A DNA stretch of 58,623 nt from Nanobdellota archaeon. Lineage in GTDB: Archaea; Nanobdellota; Nanobdellia; Parvarchaeales; Parvarchaeaceae. Under the pieces are notes generated by a model that did not search any database, was not told where the DNA came from, and saw only the letters and a program-made list of their open reading frames with translations. This document shows positions 40,079-49,382 of this stretch, piece after piece. Within the stretch, counting starts at the first letter, position 1. Each line of letters begins with the position of its first letter. Position numbers and translations under genes: made by a program. The stretch covers positions 1 through 58,623 of the forward strand of contig JAJZIX010000005.1 in assembly GCA_021810345.1 (NCBI GenBank), given 5' to 3'.

Positions 40079-40375
40079 ATGGATAAGAGTTATACGATAA
40101 GCCTGCTGATACTTTTGGCTTTGGTAGTTGTTGCCATACTATTCTATACAAACCCATATGAAAACCACAGGGAAAGCGCAATAGGGTTGTGCGAGTTGGC
40201 GTGCAAGCACATTGCGCAGAACTCTACGATTTTGTCCTCCTCTCAGATATGCTTATACAAAAATATAAGCTTCAGCTACTCATGCGCCGTGTCTCCGGTA
40301 CAGAACCAGTCGATATGCGGCAATCCGACAACAATCTACCTAAGTAATTCGTGCAGCTTAGAATCTATCGGCTAA
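40079..40375 (+). CDS. Small Cys-rich membrane-anchored protein
   Basis: N-terminal TM helix, six Cys. Confidence 0.6.
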   Translation: MDKSYTISLLILLALVVVAILFYTNPYENHRESAIGLCELACKHIAQNSTILSSSQICLYKNISFSYSCAVSPVQNQSICGNPTTIYLSNSCSLESIG

Positions 40376-40377
40376 AG

Positions 40378-41004
40378 CTACTTTTCTTTTACAAGCTTTT
40401 CCAGGTTCTCTATCTTCTTCTGTAGGAATTTTATTCTCTTCTGTTTGTCCTCTATGAATTCTGAGTTTTCGAGGTGCTGTAGTACCCCGCCGCAGTTCGC
40501 GCATTTAAAGTCATTTTCAAGCGCCTCATTAAGGCTATATCTTCTATTGCAGGTTTCACACACGTAAAAATCAGCTGTTTTATTGAGTTCAATCGACTTT
40601 TCTGCCTGTTTAATCTCATCGCTGTATATTCCTTTCAGAAGGAAAACCAGCCTTTCCGGGTTTGCTTTCCAGTAGTATGTGTACCAGGCCTTTGCCCCGC
40701 GTCTGACTTTTATGTAAGAGACCAAATTCTTATTATACAGTTTGTACAAGTACTTCCTTATTGCATTTGCCCTGTTGAATTTCATCTTCTTTGCAAGAGC
40801 ATTCTCCTCGGTCTGGCCGTGCGTAATCAAGTATTTGAAGACTTCTATACCTTTGTCCCCGCTGAGATCCAGAAGGTATTTGATAGCTTCTTCTATACCA
40901 AGGAGCTTTTTCATGTTCACAACGAACACTTTTTCCTTTGGTTTTCTTGTAATTGATCTTTTTTTGTTCGCTGATTTTTTAATGTTCTTCTTTCTTTTTG
41001 CCAT
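40378..41004 (-). CDS. tfe: Transcription factor E alpha
   Basis: wHTH (IRKYLYKLY, WYTYYW) plus CxxC...CxxC Zn ribbon. Confidence 0.9.
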   Translation of the reverse strand: MAKRKKNIKKSANKKRSITRKPKEKVFVVNMKKLLGIEEAIKYLLDLSGDKGIEVFKYLITHGQTEENALAKKMKFNRANAIRKYLYKLYNKNLVSYIKVRRGAKAWYTYYWKANPERLVFLLKGIYSDEIKQAEKSIELNKTADFYVCETCNRRYSLNEALENDFKCANCGGVLQHLENSEFIEDKQKRIKFLQKKIENLEKLVKEK

Positions 41005-41039
41005 GTTTAATGAATGCAGCCAAGTTATTTATCTCTTTC

Positions 41040-42344
41040 TCACAGTAGTTTGAAGAGGAAGGTTCCAAGTGGTGTTAACAGCAGGAACAGGACTGAGAAC
41101 GCTATTATCACGGCATTTGTTGCATTAAGAAGCCGGGTTTTATCTTTTATTTTGTATCCCAAAAGCTCATAAACCATCTTGCATCCGTCTGTAATGTAGA
41201 ATATCGGCAAGAAATTCGCCAGTCCCAAACCGAATGCTATCAACAGTATCCAGAAGAACAGGCCATCAAACCAAAACAGGATCTGGTCTGATAACGTTGG
41301 CCCGGCGGCGATGTACGTTGGGAAGGGCGTTATAAGGAAGCCGCTTGTGGGCCCTGTAACCTCCCCGAAAAACCCAAGATAAGGGTGTTCCAGGTTTTCT
41401 GCCAGGTAAAGCGTTTTATTGATATATGATGCCGCACCAGATACTCCATACCCACTGTAAGCAGGCAAAGCAAGCGAAGTATTGTAAATCTTCTTCATTG
41501 TGTAGTTCTGGCCGGTTGTTGCGGTCAAAGTTACATTCTTGGTAGGATTCATCGACAGCTCTGTAAACAGCTGTTGCACAGAAGTAAACTCCATGCCATT
41601 TACTTTATTTATTGTTTGTCCAGAGAGCAATCCTGATATGTTCGCCGGGCCTCCAGCCACTACACCAGTTACATGCAAGTAAAGAGGGAGATAAGCAACA
41701 GAATTGGTGGAGATCAGGTAATTTGACAATAATAGGAACAAAATTAGGAAAATAACTCCAGTTACAACGTTCGTGAACGACCCTGCCGCAAGGACCTTCA
41801 GCCTGTCGAATCTGTGCGCCTTTTCAAACTGCTTTTGATCCGGCTCCACAAAAGCCAGTGGCAGTATCCCGAGGAAAAAGCCGAAGCCGGACGACTTTAG
41901 CTTTATCTTCTTTGACAGCGCAACTATCCCGTGTGATGCCTCATGCGTTGTCACCACTAGTATAAGGGCTATTATCCAGTAGATTATTGGCACGCCAACT
42001 ATGCCGGGTACACCGGACACTGGCAGCACAAGCGTAGCTCCGGCTGCGGTAGTCGAGGGGTGTGTTATAACAGACTGAAAGTAGGGTATGACAATGTAAA
42101 TTGTAAGGATGATCGCGCCTATCCCGGTAAAAACACCTATTATGCTGTATATATTTACAATTCTCTTGAACCTCGAGAGGCTTTTCATTATCTTGAGGCC
42201 GAGCTTTGTCCTATAAACAAATATTATCTTCCCCTCGACAGAGAATTTTTTCCTGTTTATTATTACGAATAGACCTATAAGAAGAAACAGCACTAACGCC
42301 AATACATTGTTCTCATTTGCGTAAAAGAAACCTGCAAACGACAT
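41040..42344 (-). CDS. Site-2 protease (M50) with PDZ-like insert
   Basis: HEASHG, AFVEPD, AGSFTN, ANFLP...DG. Confidence 0.9.
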   Translation of the reverse strand: MSFAGFFYANENNVLALVLFLLIGLFVIINRKKFSVEGKIIFVYRTKLGLKIMKSLSRFKRIVNIYSIIGVFTGIGAIILTIYIVIPYFQSVITHPSTTAAGATLVLPVSGVPGIVGVPIIYWIIALILVVTTHEASHGIVALSKKIKLKSSGFGFFLGILPLAFVEPDQKQFEKAHRFDRLKVLAAGSFTNVVTGVIFLILFLLLSNYLISTNSVAYLPLYLHVTGVVAGGPANISGLLSGQTINKVNGMEFTSVQQLFTELSMNPTKNVTLTATTGQNYTMKKIYNTSLALPAYSGYGVSGAASYINKTLYLAENLEHPYLGFFGEVTGPTSGFLITPFPTYIAAGPTLSDQILFWFDGLFFWILLIAFGLGLANFLPIFYITDGCKMVYELLGYKIKDKTRLLNATNAVIIAFSVLFLLLTPLGTFLFKLL

Positions 42345-42358
42345 TTACATTTTCTCCT

Positions 42359-42547
42359 TTAGACCTTCAATTTCTTTATTTCCTTATGCTTAGGCCTAAG
42401 TGCAAGGGACCCGCATTTTCTGCATCTCACCACGTTCGGTCTCAGTAGCTTTGGGTTGGAAACTCTTATCTTTGCATTGCAATTCCTGCAAACATATACG
42501 TCCTTAAACAACCTCGCATCTGCGACTGGATTTGATCTTTCTGCCAT
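42359..42547 (-). CDS. rpl40e: 50S ribosomal protein L40e
   Basis: VCRNCNAK...RCRKCGSLALRPK. Confidence 0.9.
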   Translation of the reverse strand: MAERSNPVADARLFKDVYVCRNCNAKIRVSNPKLLRPNVVRCRKCGSLALRPKHKEIKKLKV

Positions 42548-42619
42548 ATAATTTTATATTACCTTGATATTATTCTACGTGTTGGTTTATATAAATATAA
42601 GCTTTTCCTAATCTAGGGT

Positions 42620-43120
42620 ATGTTGGGGGATATAACTAGAGTCAAGGACGGGGAAATTTTTGAATACATAAAGAAATTCGGTATCGGAGAGGTTTTTTAT
42701 TATGAAAATGGCAATCTCCACAGATATTTGGATGATAAGGAGTTTCCTGTGACGGTATACGACGGGGAGGATTACGATTTCGTAATAAGGAAAGGAAAGT
42801 ACGATGTGATAACAGGACTTGAAAAATCAAACTTCTTACTTGACAAGGGCCTGTGCCAGAAGCTGAAGGAAAACGGCATGTTTGTCATGTTCAAATTTAG
42901 CTCGTTAATCGAGGCAGATGAAGTGCATCGAGTTTACCGCAATTTCTACAAGAACGCCAGCCTCTGCAATGATTATTCCGTGCCATCGCTGTTTGTTTCA
43001 TTCGCAGGCGACAGGATGTCGATAAAGTCCTCAATGGAGCTCGCTTCATTTGCACAGGAGTTTGGTTACAACTACAAGAATCTGAGGGAAGCCTGGATAA
43101 AGTTTAGCAAGAAGTACTAA
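42620..43120 (+). CDS. Possible reduced RNase P subunit Rpp30 (PHP-like)
   Basis: LDKGLCQKLKEN..., LCNDYSVP.LFVSFA...IKS..EL.SF resemble the Rpp30 C-terminal half. Confidence 0.45.
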   Translation: MLGDITRVKDGEIFEYIKKFGIGEVFYYENGNLHRYLDDKEFPVTVYDGEDYDFVIRKGKYDVITGLEKSNFLLDKGLCQKLKENGMFVMFKFSSLIEADEVHRVYRNFYKNASLCNDYSVPSLFVSFAGDRMSIKSSMELASFAQEFGYNYKNLREAWIKFSKKY

Positions 43121-43156
43121 AAAAGATTTAAATTGCTCCATCATATTAACAAGCAT

Positions 43157-44035
43157 ATGAGTCTGGTCAAGGTAACGCTGCTATTTTCTCTGTTGGCGGT
43201 GTTGTTCGTCACGTTCGGAGCCATAATCGGCTACATGCTGGGCAATTTTATAGTTTGGATATCGCTTTTTCTGGTTATAGCGGTTGTAATCAATGTATTC
43301 TCCTACTACAAAAGTGATTCAATCGCCATAAAGACCACCAAAACAAAACTGATAGAAGAAAAGGACAACCCAAGGTTTTATAATATAGTCAAGAAAGTTA
43401 CAACCGAGGCAGGTATTCCAATGCCAAGGGTTGGGATAATGCCATCTGATACTCCTAATGCCTTCGCTACGGGCAGGGACAAGAATCATTCTGTCGTTGT
43501 GGCCACTTCTGGTATTTTATCTATGCTGGATGATGATGAGCTTGAGGCGGTAATAGGCCATGAAGTCAGCCATATAACACACGGAGACATACTAGTAACA
43601 ACAATTGCGGCAACTATTGCAATGATAATCTCATATATCGGTAACATGGTCATATTTTCGGAGATGTTTGGAGGCATTGAAAACAGAAATGCGAGTTCTA
43701 GTTACTTGCTTATTGTAGCGGCAATCTTGATCCCGCTCGGAGCGATGTTCGTTCAGCTTGGGATATCCAGAAGCAGGGAATCTGATGCTGATATAGGCAG
43801 CGTTAAGTTAGTAAAGAAGCCGGACGAACTGATATCGTCTTTGGAGAAGATAAGCAAGCCGATAAAAAAACCCGCTGTTTCCAGGGCCCCAGTTGCTCAC
43901 CCTTCCGCCTATTCCTCACTGTTCATAGTCAACAATTTTTCAGGGCACGCTCTCCTGAATTTATTTTCCACTCATCCCTCCCTTGAAAAGCGCATTGAAA
44001 CCATACAACGCGTTAAGAAAGAGATGGGTCTTTGA
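43157..44035 (+). CDS. htpX: Membrane protease HtpX (M48)
   Basis: PNAFATG, GHEVSH, SRSRE..AD, FSTHP. Confidence 0.92.
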   Translation: MSLVKVTLLFSLLAVLFVTFGAIIGYMLGNFIVWISLFLVIAVVINVFSYYKSDSIAIKTTKTKLIEEKDNPRFYNIVKKVTTEAGIPMPRVGIMPSDTPNAFATGRDKNHSVVVATSGILSMLDDDELEAVIGHEVSHITHGDILVTTIAATIAMIISYIGNMVIFSEMFGGIENRNASSSYLLIVAAILIPLGAMFVQLGISRSRESDADIGSVKLVKKPDELISSLEKISKPIKKPAVSRAPVAHPSAYSSLFIVNNFSGHALLNLFSTHPSLEKRIETIQRVKKEMGL

Positions 44036-44036
44036 A

Positions 44037-44110
44037 GCTCCCGTAGTCTAACTTGGATAGAACACAGGCCTGCGAAGCCTGATATCTGGATTCGAATTCC
44101 AGCGGGGGCA
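44037..44110 (+). tRNA. tRNA-Arg(GCG)
   Basis: CAGGC-CTGCGAA-GCCTG; CTGGA-TTCGAAT-TCCAG; separated from the htpX stop by one nucleotide. Confidence 0.92.
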
Positions 44111-44123
44111 GATTCTAATCTGC

Positions 44124-44642
44124 CTAAACTTCTTTTTCTACGTCTTTTATGAAAATACCCAATAAATAGGATATAGCGACTATCAGGAAACCCAAAAGTA
44201 TCACTAAAGCTATACCAGCCAAGCCCACTCTAAACAGCACAAAAGCAAGTGCCAGCCCGGCCGAAGGCGGGTGCTCCTTTCCCAATAAGACCATAAGGAT
44301 TCCGGTTAACCCGACAGCCACTGTAGCTGCAGCTGCCAGTCCTATATAAGCCGATGAATAGTACGAGAAATACCCCACTAGCCCAGCGATAACATAGCTT
44401 ACCACCACTGATAATTTGGAAGCAGCCCTGCTTTTTGGCATAACAAACAGAATAAACGCAGAGGAACCCACAGATGCGTATATTATTGCGCTTGAACCGA
44501 GTCCGTAAGTTGCATCAAAATGCAGCGACTCCATTATCAAGACTATCAATCCTATTGTTATGCCTGCTGCTATGGAGTTTACTATCTTTTTCGATCTGTT
44601 AATCTTTAATCGTCTGGTTCTGTTATTTGACGTCCTATTCAT
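44124..44642 (-). CDS. HPP family membrane protein
   Basis: ASVGSSAFILFVMP and EHPPSAG motifs. Confidence 0.85.
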   Translation of the reverse strand: MNRTSNNRTRRLKINRSKKIVNSIAAGITIGLIVLIMESLHFDATYGLGSSAIIYASVGSSAFILFVMPKSRAASKLSVVVSYVIAGLVGYFSYYSSAYIGLAAAATVAVGLTGILMVLLGKEHPPSAGLALAFVLFRVGLAGIALVILLGFLIVAISYLLGIFIKDVEKEV

Positions 44643-44704
44643 TTAATCCAATGCCTTTGACTAAATATATATTTGCTATCTACGAAGAACCCTAAAAGGT
44701 TTAT

Positions 44705-45027
44705 AAAGTGTGAGCGGGAAAGCCCACGATCTGAATCGTGGGATGAAAGCGAACGTAAAAAAATGGCAAACATAAATAGCAGAAAGGAGTAGATAACAAT
44801 ATGTTGACAGCGTACAAATTTAGGTTGTATCCCAATGAGAAACAGAAAGAAACATTCTCCAGATACTTCGGCTGCAGCAGGGTAGTATGGAACAGGCTTG
44901 TGAAGATGAGAATCAAAGCAAGGTCTACGAGCCATGATCCAGAGAAGCAGGAACTATACGCTCTGAGGAAGCTTAAGCTTCCGATAGGAGCTGGAAGTCC
45001 ATGAATTCATTCATGGGGGGATGTCAC
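44705..45027 (+). mobile_element. Internally deleted IS200/IS605-family element (tnpB remnant, both ends kept)
   Basis: Left hairpin CCCACGAT-CTGA-ATCGTGGG (44723-44742); ORF 44801-45004 starts like TnpB (MLTAYKFRLYPNEKQ...FGCSRVVWN); right hairpin 44999-45016 followed by GGATGTCAC; left boundary approximate. Confidence 0.8.
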
Positions 45028-45150
45028 GTAGTTGTTGACTCTGATGTGTCTTCTTCAGTCGACAAAGAGGCTCACGAACGCTCTCTTACCAACATGAGAA
45101 AACTATTTGATGTTCTCAAAACCGATGAGATAATCAAATCACTCGGCTGA
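45028..45150 (+). pseudogene. C-terminal fragment resembling isochorismatase/cysteine hydrolase
   Basis: VVVDSDVSSSVDKEAHERSLTNMRKLFDVLKTDEIIKSLG* begins exactly after the IS right end. Confidence 0.5.
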
Positions 45151-45837
45151 TTGTTTTAAGAAGTAGCTCTCCAAGTCTTCTGCGTTTATTATTGGCTTTT
45201 CAACTTTGTCCATCTCGTCTATTGCAATCCTCTGGCACGCCGTGCTCACAAACACATCTATATCTCTAAATTCGTTTAACCTGTTGAAATTTATCTCGTC
45301 AGCGACCAAAGAGTATACTTCTATTCCCTTTTGCTCCATTGCTTTCTTCAGCATTTTCGCGCCATAGGTTTGGCCAGCCTTGGTGGATTCTACAAACATG
45401 ATCTTTTTGGCGCTTAGAGCCAGTCCAATGCCTTGTAGTATTCTTTTTCTGTACTTATCAGCCATTTTCTTGTCTATTACCTCTATCTCCCCCGTTTCTG
45501 GGTCAACGTTTATCACAGGCTTGTCGTATTTTATCGGTATCCCCAGCACATGGAAATAACCCTGTGTTAAAGAGAGGATTGCGTCACATTCCGGGCAGTC
45601 TGCCGCATAAACATCGCACCCCAAGATTTGGCCTTTGTGCATTGCCCTGTACTTTGATTGTTTTATCACGAATTCCTTATCCTTTATTTTTTGGGTTAAC
45701 TCATCCATCTGGTTTAGGTACTGTACCGATGCGACAAGATTTATTTTTTTGTAGTCTTTTATGGCCTCTTCTATCTTACCAATGAGTCCATCGCTCAGCC
45801 TCCCTTTATACCTTGATTCTACGAACATAACTTCCAT
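45139..45837 (-). CDS. dph2: Diphthamide biosynthesis Dph2-like protein (short form)
   Basis: VASVQY, GQILGC, STKAGQ, FVSTACQRIAIDE. Confidence 0.82.
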   Translation of the reverse strand: MEVMFVESRYKGRLSDGLIGKIEEAIKDYKKINLVASVQYLNQMDELTQKIKDKEFVIKQSKYRAMHKGQILGCDVYAADCPECDAILSLTQGYFHVLGIPIKYDKPVINVDPETGEIEVIDKKMADKYRKRILQGIGLALSAKKIMFVESTKAGQTYGAKMLKKAMEQKGIEVYSLVADEINFNRLNEFRDIDVFVSTACQRIAIDEMDKVEKPIINAEDLESYFLKQSAE

Positions 45838-45900
45838 ATTTGCAAGAGATATAATGAAGGGAGTATTTATAAATACTAAGTAATTAACTAAATCTTAGGT

Positions 45901-46284
45901 ATGGAAATAAAAGTAGTTATAAACGATGTTAAAACTGGAAAATCCTACCAGAAGCAGCTAGATTCGGATCAGTCGGATCAGCTTGCAGGTAAGAAGCTCG
46001 GCGAGGAGATAGATTTATCTTTCCTCGGTCTGGACGGATACACCGGGCAGATCTCGGGAGGAAGTTATATGACCGGGACTCCGATGAAGAATGGCATTGA
46101 CGGTATTGCGCTTAAGCAGATTCTTATCGAGAAAGGCGTAGGAAACAAACAGGGTATAAGGCGCAGGAAAAGCGTCGCGGGGAACACAATAAGCCAATTT
46201 ACTTCTCAAGCAAACATAAAAGTGCTCAAGTATGGAAGCAAGCCACTTGAAGAAATTTTCGCAGAGAAGAAACAGGATGGTTAA
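45901..46284 (+). CDS. rps6e: 30S ribosomal protein S6e
   Basis: KVVINDVKTGKSYQ, GLDGY...ISGGS..GTPM, RRRKSVAGN. Confidence 0.93.
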   Translation: MEIKVVINDVKTGKSYQKQLDSDQSDQLAGKKLGEEIDLSFLGLDGYTGQISGGSYMTGTPMKNGIDGIALKQILIEKGVGNKQGIRRRKSVAGNTISQFTSQANIKVLKYGSKPLEEIFAEKKQDG

Positions 46285-47470
46285 GGATATTATAATTGAC
46301 ATAGTCGGAAGCTTTGCGGATGGTAAAACAACGCTGGTTAAAGCTCTGACATCTGAATCAACCCTTAGACACAGCGAGGAAAAGAAAAGGGGTATAACTA
46401 TACGACTCGGATACGCTCATTTCATAGTATACAAGTGCAAATCCTGTGATTCTTTCAGCAGGACTGAAAAATGCGAAGTTTGCGGTAAAGAATCCGAGCC
46501 ATATTATAGGGTGTCGATAATAGACTCCCCCGGGCATAAAACCCTTATGACTATAATGTTGAGCGGTGCAGCGCTTGTGGACGGAGCTGTTTTGGTCATA
46601 GCCGCCAATCAAAAATGTCCACAGCCGCAGACTGAGGAGCATATCGAAGCCCTAAAGATAATAGGTATAAAGAATATAGTAGTCGCTCAGACAAAAATAG
46701 ATGTAGTAGGAGCAGATAGGGCAAAAGAGAATTACAAAGAGATACAAGCTTTTCTGTCCAGCAAAGGCTTTGAAAATGTGAGCATAATACCAGTTTTCGC
46801 CGCTCAAAATGTGAATATGACGGAGCTTGTGCAGGAAATAGGAAAGTTTCAGGTTAATCATGAGACAGAGGCAAAAGCTGCAAAAATGTTGGTTGTTAGG
46901 AGCTTTGATACAAACAGGCCTGGCATAGATATATCAGACATTTCAGGTGGAGTAGTCGGGGGCGGACTGCAATCCGGTGAATTGAGGGTAGGCGATAAGA
47001 TAACCGTATATCCTGGTGTAATCGTCAAGAAGGCGTGGAAACCCCTAGAGACGCAAGTGGTTGAGATACAGAGCGAATTCGGCAGTGAAACCAGTGCAAA
47101 GAAGGGCATTATGGTCGGTGTCAAAACAAAACTTGACCCGGCGCTTACTCGGCGTGATAACCTGGCCGGCTCATTAATAACCAGCTCGGATGTAAAACCT
47201 CTGTTCAAGAATAGAGTATCGATAGAATATTCCCCACTAGAACAAAAAGAGAAGGAAGTATTCAAGAAACCTTTGCAGAAAAATGAAACCGTTCTTCTTA
47301 ACATACTGGCATCAAAAGTTCTTGGAACTGTAGCTTCCGTGTCTGGTGGGAAAGTCTCGTTCAATTTGGCCGATGCGCCGGTGCCGTACTTTTTGAACGA
47401 CAAAGCTATAGTCTCCAGAAAATCTGAAAATACCTGGGTACTTGCCGGCTCCGGTGTAATTTATGATTAA
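46277..47470 (+). CDS. eif2g: Translation initiation factor aIF2 gamma
   Basis: HSEEKKRGITIRLGYA, Zn ribbon, DSPGH, PQPQTEEH, RSFD.N.PG; rps6e-aIF2g-PIN synteny. Confidence 0.92.
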   Translation: MVKDIIIDIVGSFADGKTTLVKALTSESTLRHSEEKKRGITIRLGYAHFIVYKCKSCDSFSRTEKCEVCGKESEPYYRVSIIDSPGHKTLMTIMLSGAALVDGAVLVIAANQKCPQPQTEEHIEALKIIGIKNIVVAQTKIDVVGADRAKENYKEIQAFLSSKGFENVSIIPVFAAQNVNMTELVQEIGKFQVNHETEAKAAKMLVVRSFDTNRPGIDISDISGGVVGGGLQSGELRVGDKITVYPGVIVKKAWKPLETQVVEIQSEFGSETSAKKGIMVGVKTKLDPALTRRDNLAGSLITSSDVKPLFKNRVSIEYSPLEQKEKEVFKKPLQKNETVLLNILASKVLGTVASVSGGKVSFNLADAPVPYFLNDKAIVSRKSENTWVLAGSGVIYD

Positions 47471-47816
47471 GCTGCTTCTTGACACAAACATCCTAGTCTA
47501 CGCTTTCAAAAATGGATACGACCTCGGCAGGATGTCTGATTCTGGGGTTTATGGCCCATATGAATTATATACTCTAGATCTCTGTATAAATGAGCTTAAG
47601 GCATTGAATAAGCCCGATGTCGTGAGATGGGTGCAGTTGTCTGGGATAAAGACAATAAAAACCGATGGAAGCGGCAAGGCCGACGACAGGCTCCTTGAAA
47701 TAGCTAAAGAGCAGGATATGCACCTGCTTACAGAGGATCGAGAATTATACAATCGCGCACTTGGCCTAAAAGTCCATTTGGCTAAAATTGAAAGCGGTAG
47801 AATATACATCAAATAG
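47463..47816 (+). CDS. PIN-domain protein
   Basis: LLDTN, INEL, ADD, LLTED. Confidence 0.85.
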   Translation: MIKLLLDTNILVYAFKNGYDLGRMSDSGVYGPYELYTLDLCINELKALNKPDVVRWVQLSGIKTIKTDGSGKADDRLLEIAKEQDMHLLTEDRELYNRALGLKVHLAKIESGRIYIK

Positions 47817-47823
47817 GCGTATT

Positions 47824-48330
47824 ATGAAAAACAAGCTGATTCTAATCATATGTATAGCTTTGGCGGTGGTGCTTACCGCTGTTATCATAACGAACTCAGG
47901 ATATACTCTTAATATACTGCCGGCCGGCCTGTACAGCAGCCTGCATGAATCAAGCTTGTCTGTATCAAGCGGGCCCTTATCAATCATCAATGTCTCTGCA
48001 ATCGGCCAAGGAAAGAGCATTAGGTTCCAGTTTTACGTCGAAAACACCGGCAATTCCACTATAAGATACATCGGTGGTTGTTTTAGCCCGATTTTTGCGT
48101 TGAACAATACCGTTAACTTAACCCATGTCTTAAACTGCGATGCAATAACCGAACAGCAGCTTCACCCTGGGCAGTTAGCTGCAGTTTATTGGCCCTATCC
48201 TGCTTACGTCAATCTATCGGGAGAAAAGAACCTGAGTGAGCAGATAAGGGTTTATTTGGGTTTTGAATGGCAGGGCGTCGCCTCAAATTCGACCAGCATC
48301 GAGAACATCTCCTTTGATTTCAGCGGCTGA
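47824..48330 (+). CDS. Secreted/membrane-anchored hypothetical protein
   Basis: N-terminal hydrophobic helix, beta-rich body. Confidence 0.6.
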   Translation: MKNKLILIICIALAVVLTAVIITNSGYTLNILPAGLYSSLHESSLSVSSGPLSIINVSAIGQGKSIRFQFYVENTGNSTIRYIGGCFSPIFALNNTVNLTHVLNCDAITEQQLHPGQLAAVYWPYPAYVNLSGEKNLSEQIRVYLGFEWQGVASNSTSIENISFDFSG

Positions 48331-48372
48331 AAAATAGAAATCCTTAAATAGGTTAATGTGGTCAATAACGAT

Positions 48373-48642
48373 ATGGAGAATGGAATTATCTTTGTGGGTA
48401 AAAAACCGCCGATGGCGTATGTTCTAGCGGTTCTAACTTACCTGAATTCTGGCAACGATTCGGTGGTGATAAAAGCCAGAGGAGTAACTATCTCTACGGC
48501 TGTAGATGTTTCACAGATTGTCACAAGGAGATTTTCGAAGGACATAAAAGTATCAAAAGTCGAAATAGGGACCGAAGAACTAGAGGATAAAGAGCACAAG
48601 AAAAGAAATGTGTCTTTTATATCCATAGAGATGCATAAATGA
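48373..48642 (+). CDS. albA: DNA/RNA-binding protein Alba
   Basis: FVGKKPPMAYVLA, IKARG..ISTAVDV. Confidence 0.95.
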   Translation: MENGIIFVGKKPPMAYVLAVLTYLNSGNDSVVIKARGVTISTAVDVSQIVTRRFSKDIKVSKVEIGTEELEDKEHKKRNVSFISIEMHK

Positions 48643-48646
48643 CACT

Positions 48647-49288
48647 ATGATAAATAAAAATGACTTTGTCATGATAGATTTCGTCGGCAGGATAGCCTCT
48701 TCTGGGGCGATATTTGACCTTACAGAAAAAGATGTTGCGGATAAGGAGGGTATACACGGCGATTTCAACTTTAACCCTATCTTAGTTATACCACAATCCG
48801 ACTATGTGATAAAGCCGATTTCGGAATCGCTGGTAAACAGGAACCCTGGCGAAAAATACACTATAAATGTAAAAGCAAAGGATGCATTTGGGGAATTCAA
48901 TAGCAAGCTCGTTAAAACATATGGCTTAAACTCATTCGTTGACAACAACATAAACCCGCATACTGGTGATTTGGTGATGCTTGATGACAAGCTGGCCACT
49001 ATCCTCTCTGTAAGTGGTGGGAGGGTTATGGTAAGTTTCAACCACCCATTGGCAGGCAAGGATCTTGTTTATGAGATCAAGGTTTTAAGCGTACTCGAAG
49101 ACAACAAGGACAAATGTTCTGCCATATTCCAGCACTATGTCGGCAATAAACCCGAAAGCATATCGCTAGAAAATAACTCTATTGACATAGTTTATAAGGG
49201 GGAGATAAAGCCGTACTTGGTAACAGCGATAGAAGAAGACATAAAGAAGTACATAAACAAAGACTTTTCCGTGAAAATACACAGCTGA
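48647..49288 (+). CDS. FKBP-type peptidyl-prolyl isomerase (SlyD-like)
   Basis: FVMIDFVG...FDLT, DAFG, FNHPLAGK. Confidence 0.9.
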   Translation: MINKNDFVMIDFVGRIASSGAIFDLTEKDVADKEGIHGDFNFNPILVIPQSDYVIKPISESLVNRNPGEKYTINVKAKDAFGEFNSKLVKTYGLNSFVDNNINPHTGDLVMLDDKLATILSVSGGRVMVSFNHPLAGKDLVYEIKVLSVLEDNKDKCSAIFQHYVGNKPESISLENNSIDIVYKGEIKPYLVTAIEEDIKKYINKDFSVKIHS

Positions 49289-49382
49289 CGGCTTAAATTC
49301 TTTGGTGTTATTATAGGCTACGCTCACCACAAATATTTATATACTTGAAAATTCAAAGATTAATAATATTATTTAACTCATT

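Noticed and set aside
37998-44035. Cluster of three membrane metalloproteases plus PAC2 as a dedicated system
   Set aside because: They lie on different strands, interleaved with housekeeping genes; each is common in archaea.
44801-45004. Functional TnpB/Cas12f nuclease
   Set aside because: Only the N-terminal ~35 residues remain; no RuvC or Zn ribbon.
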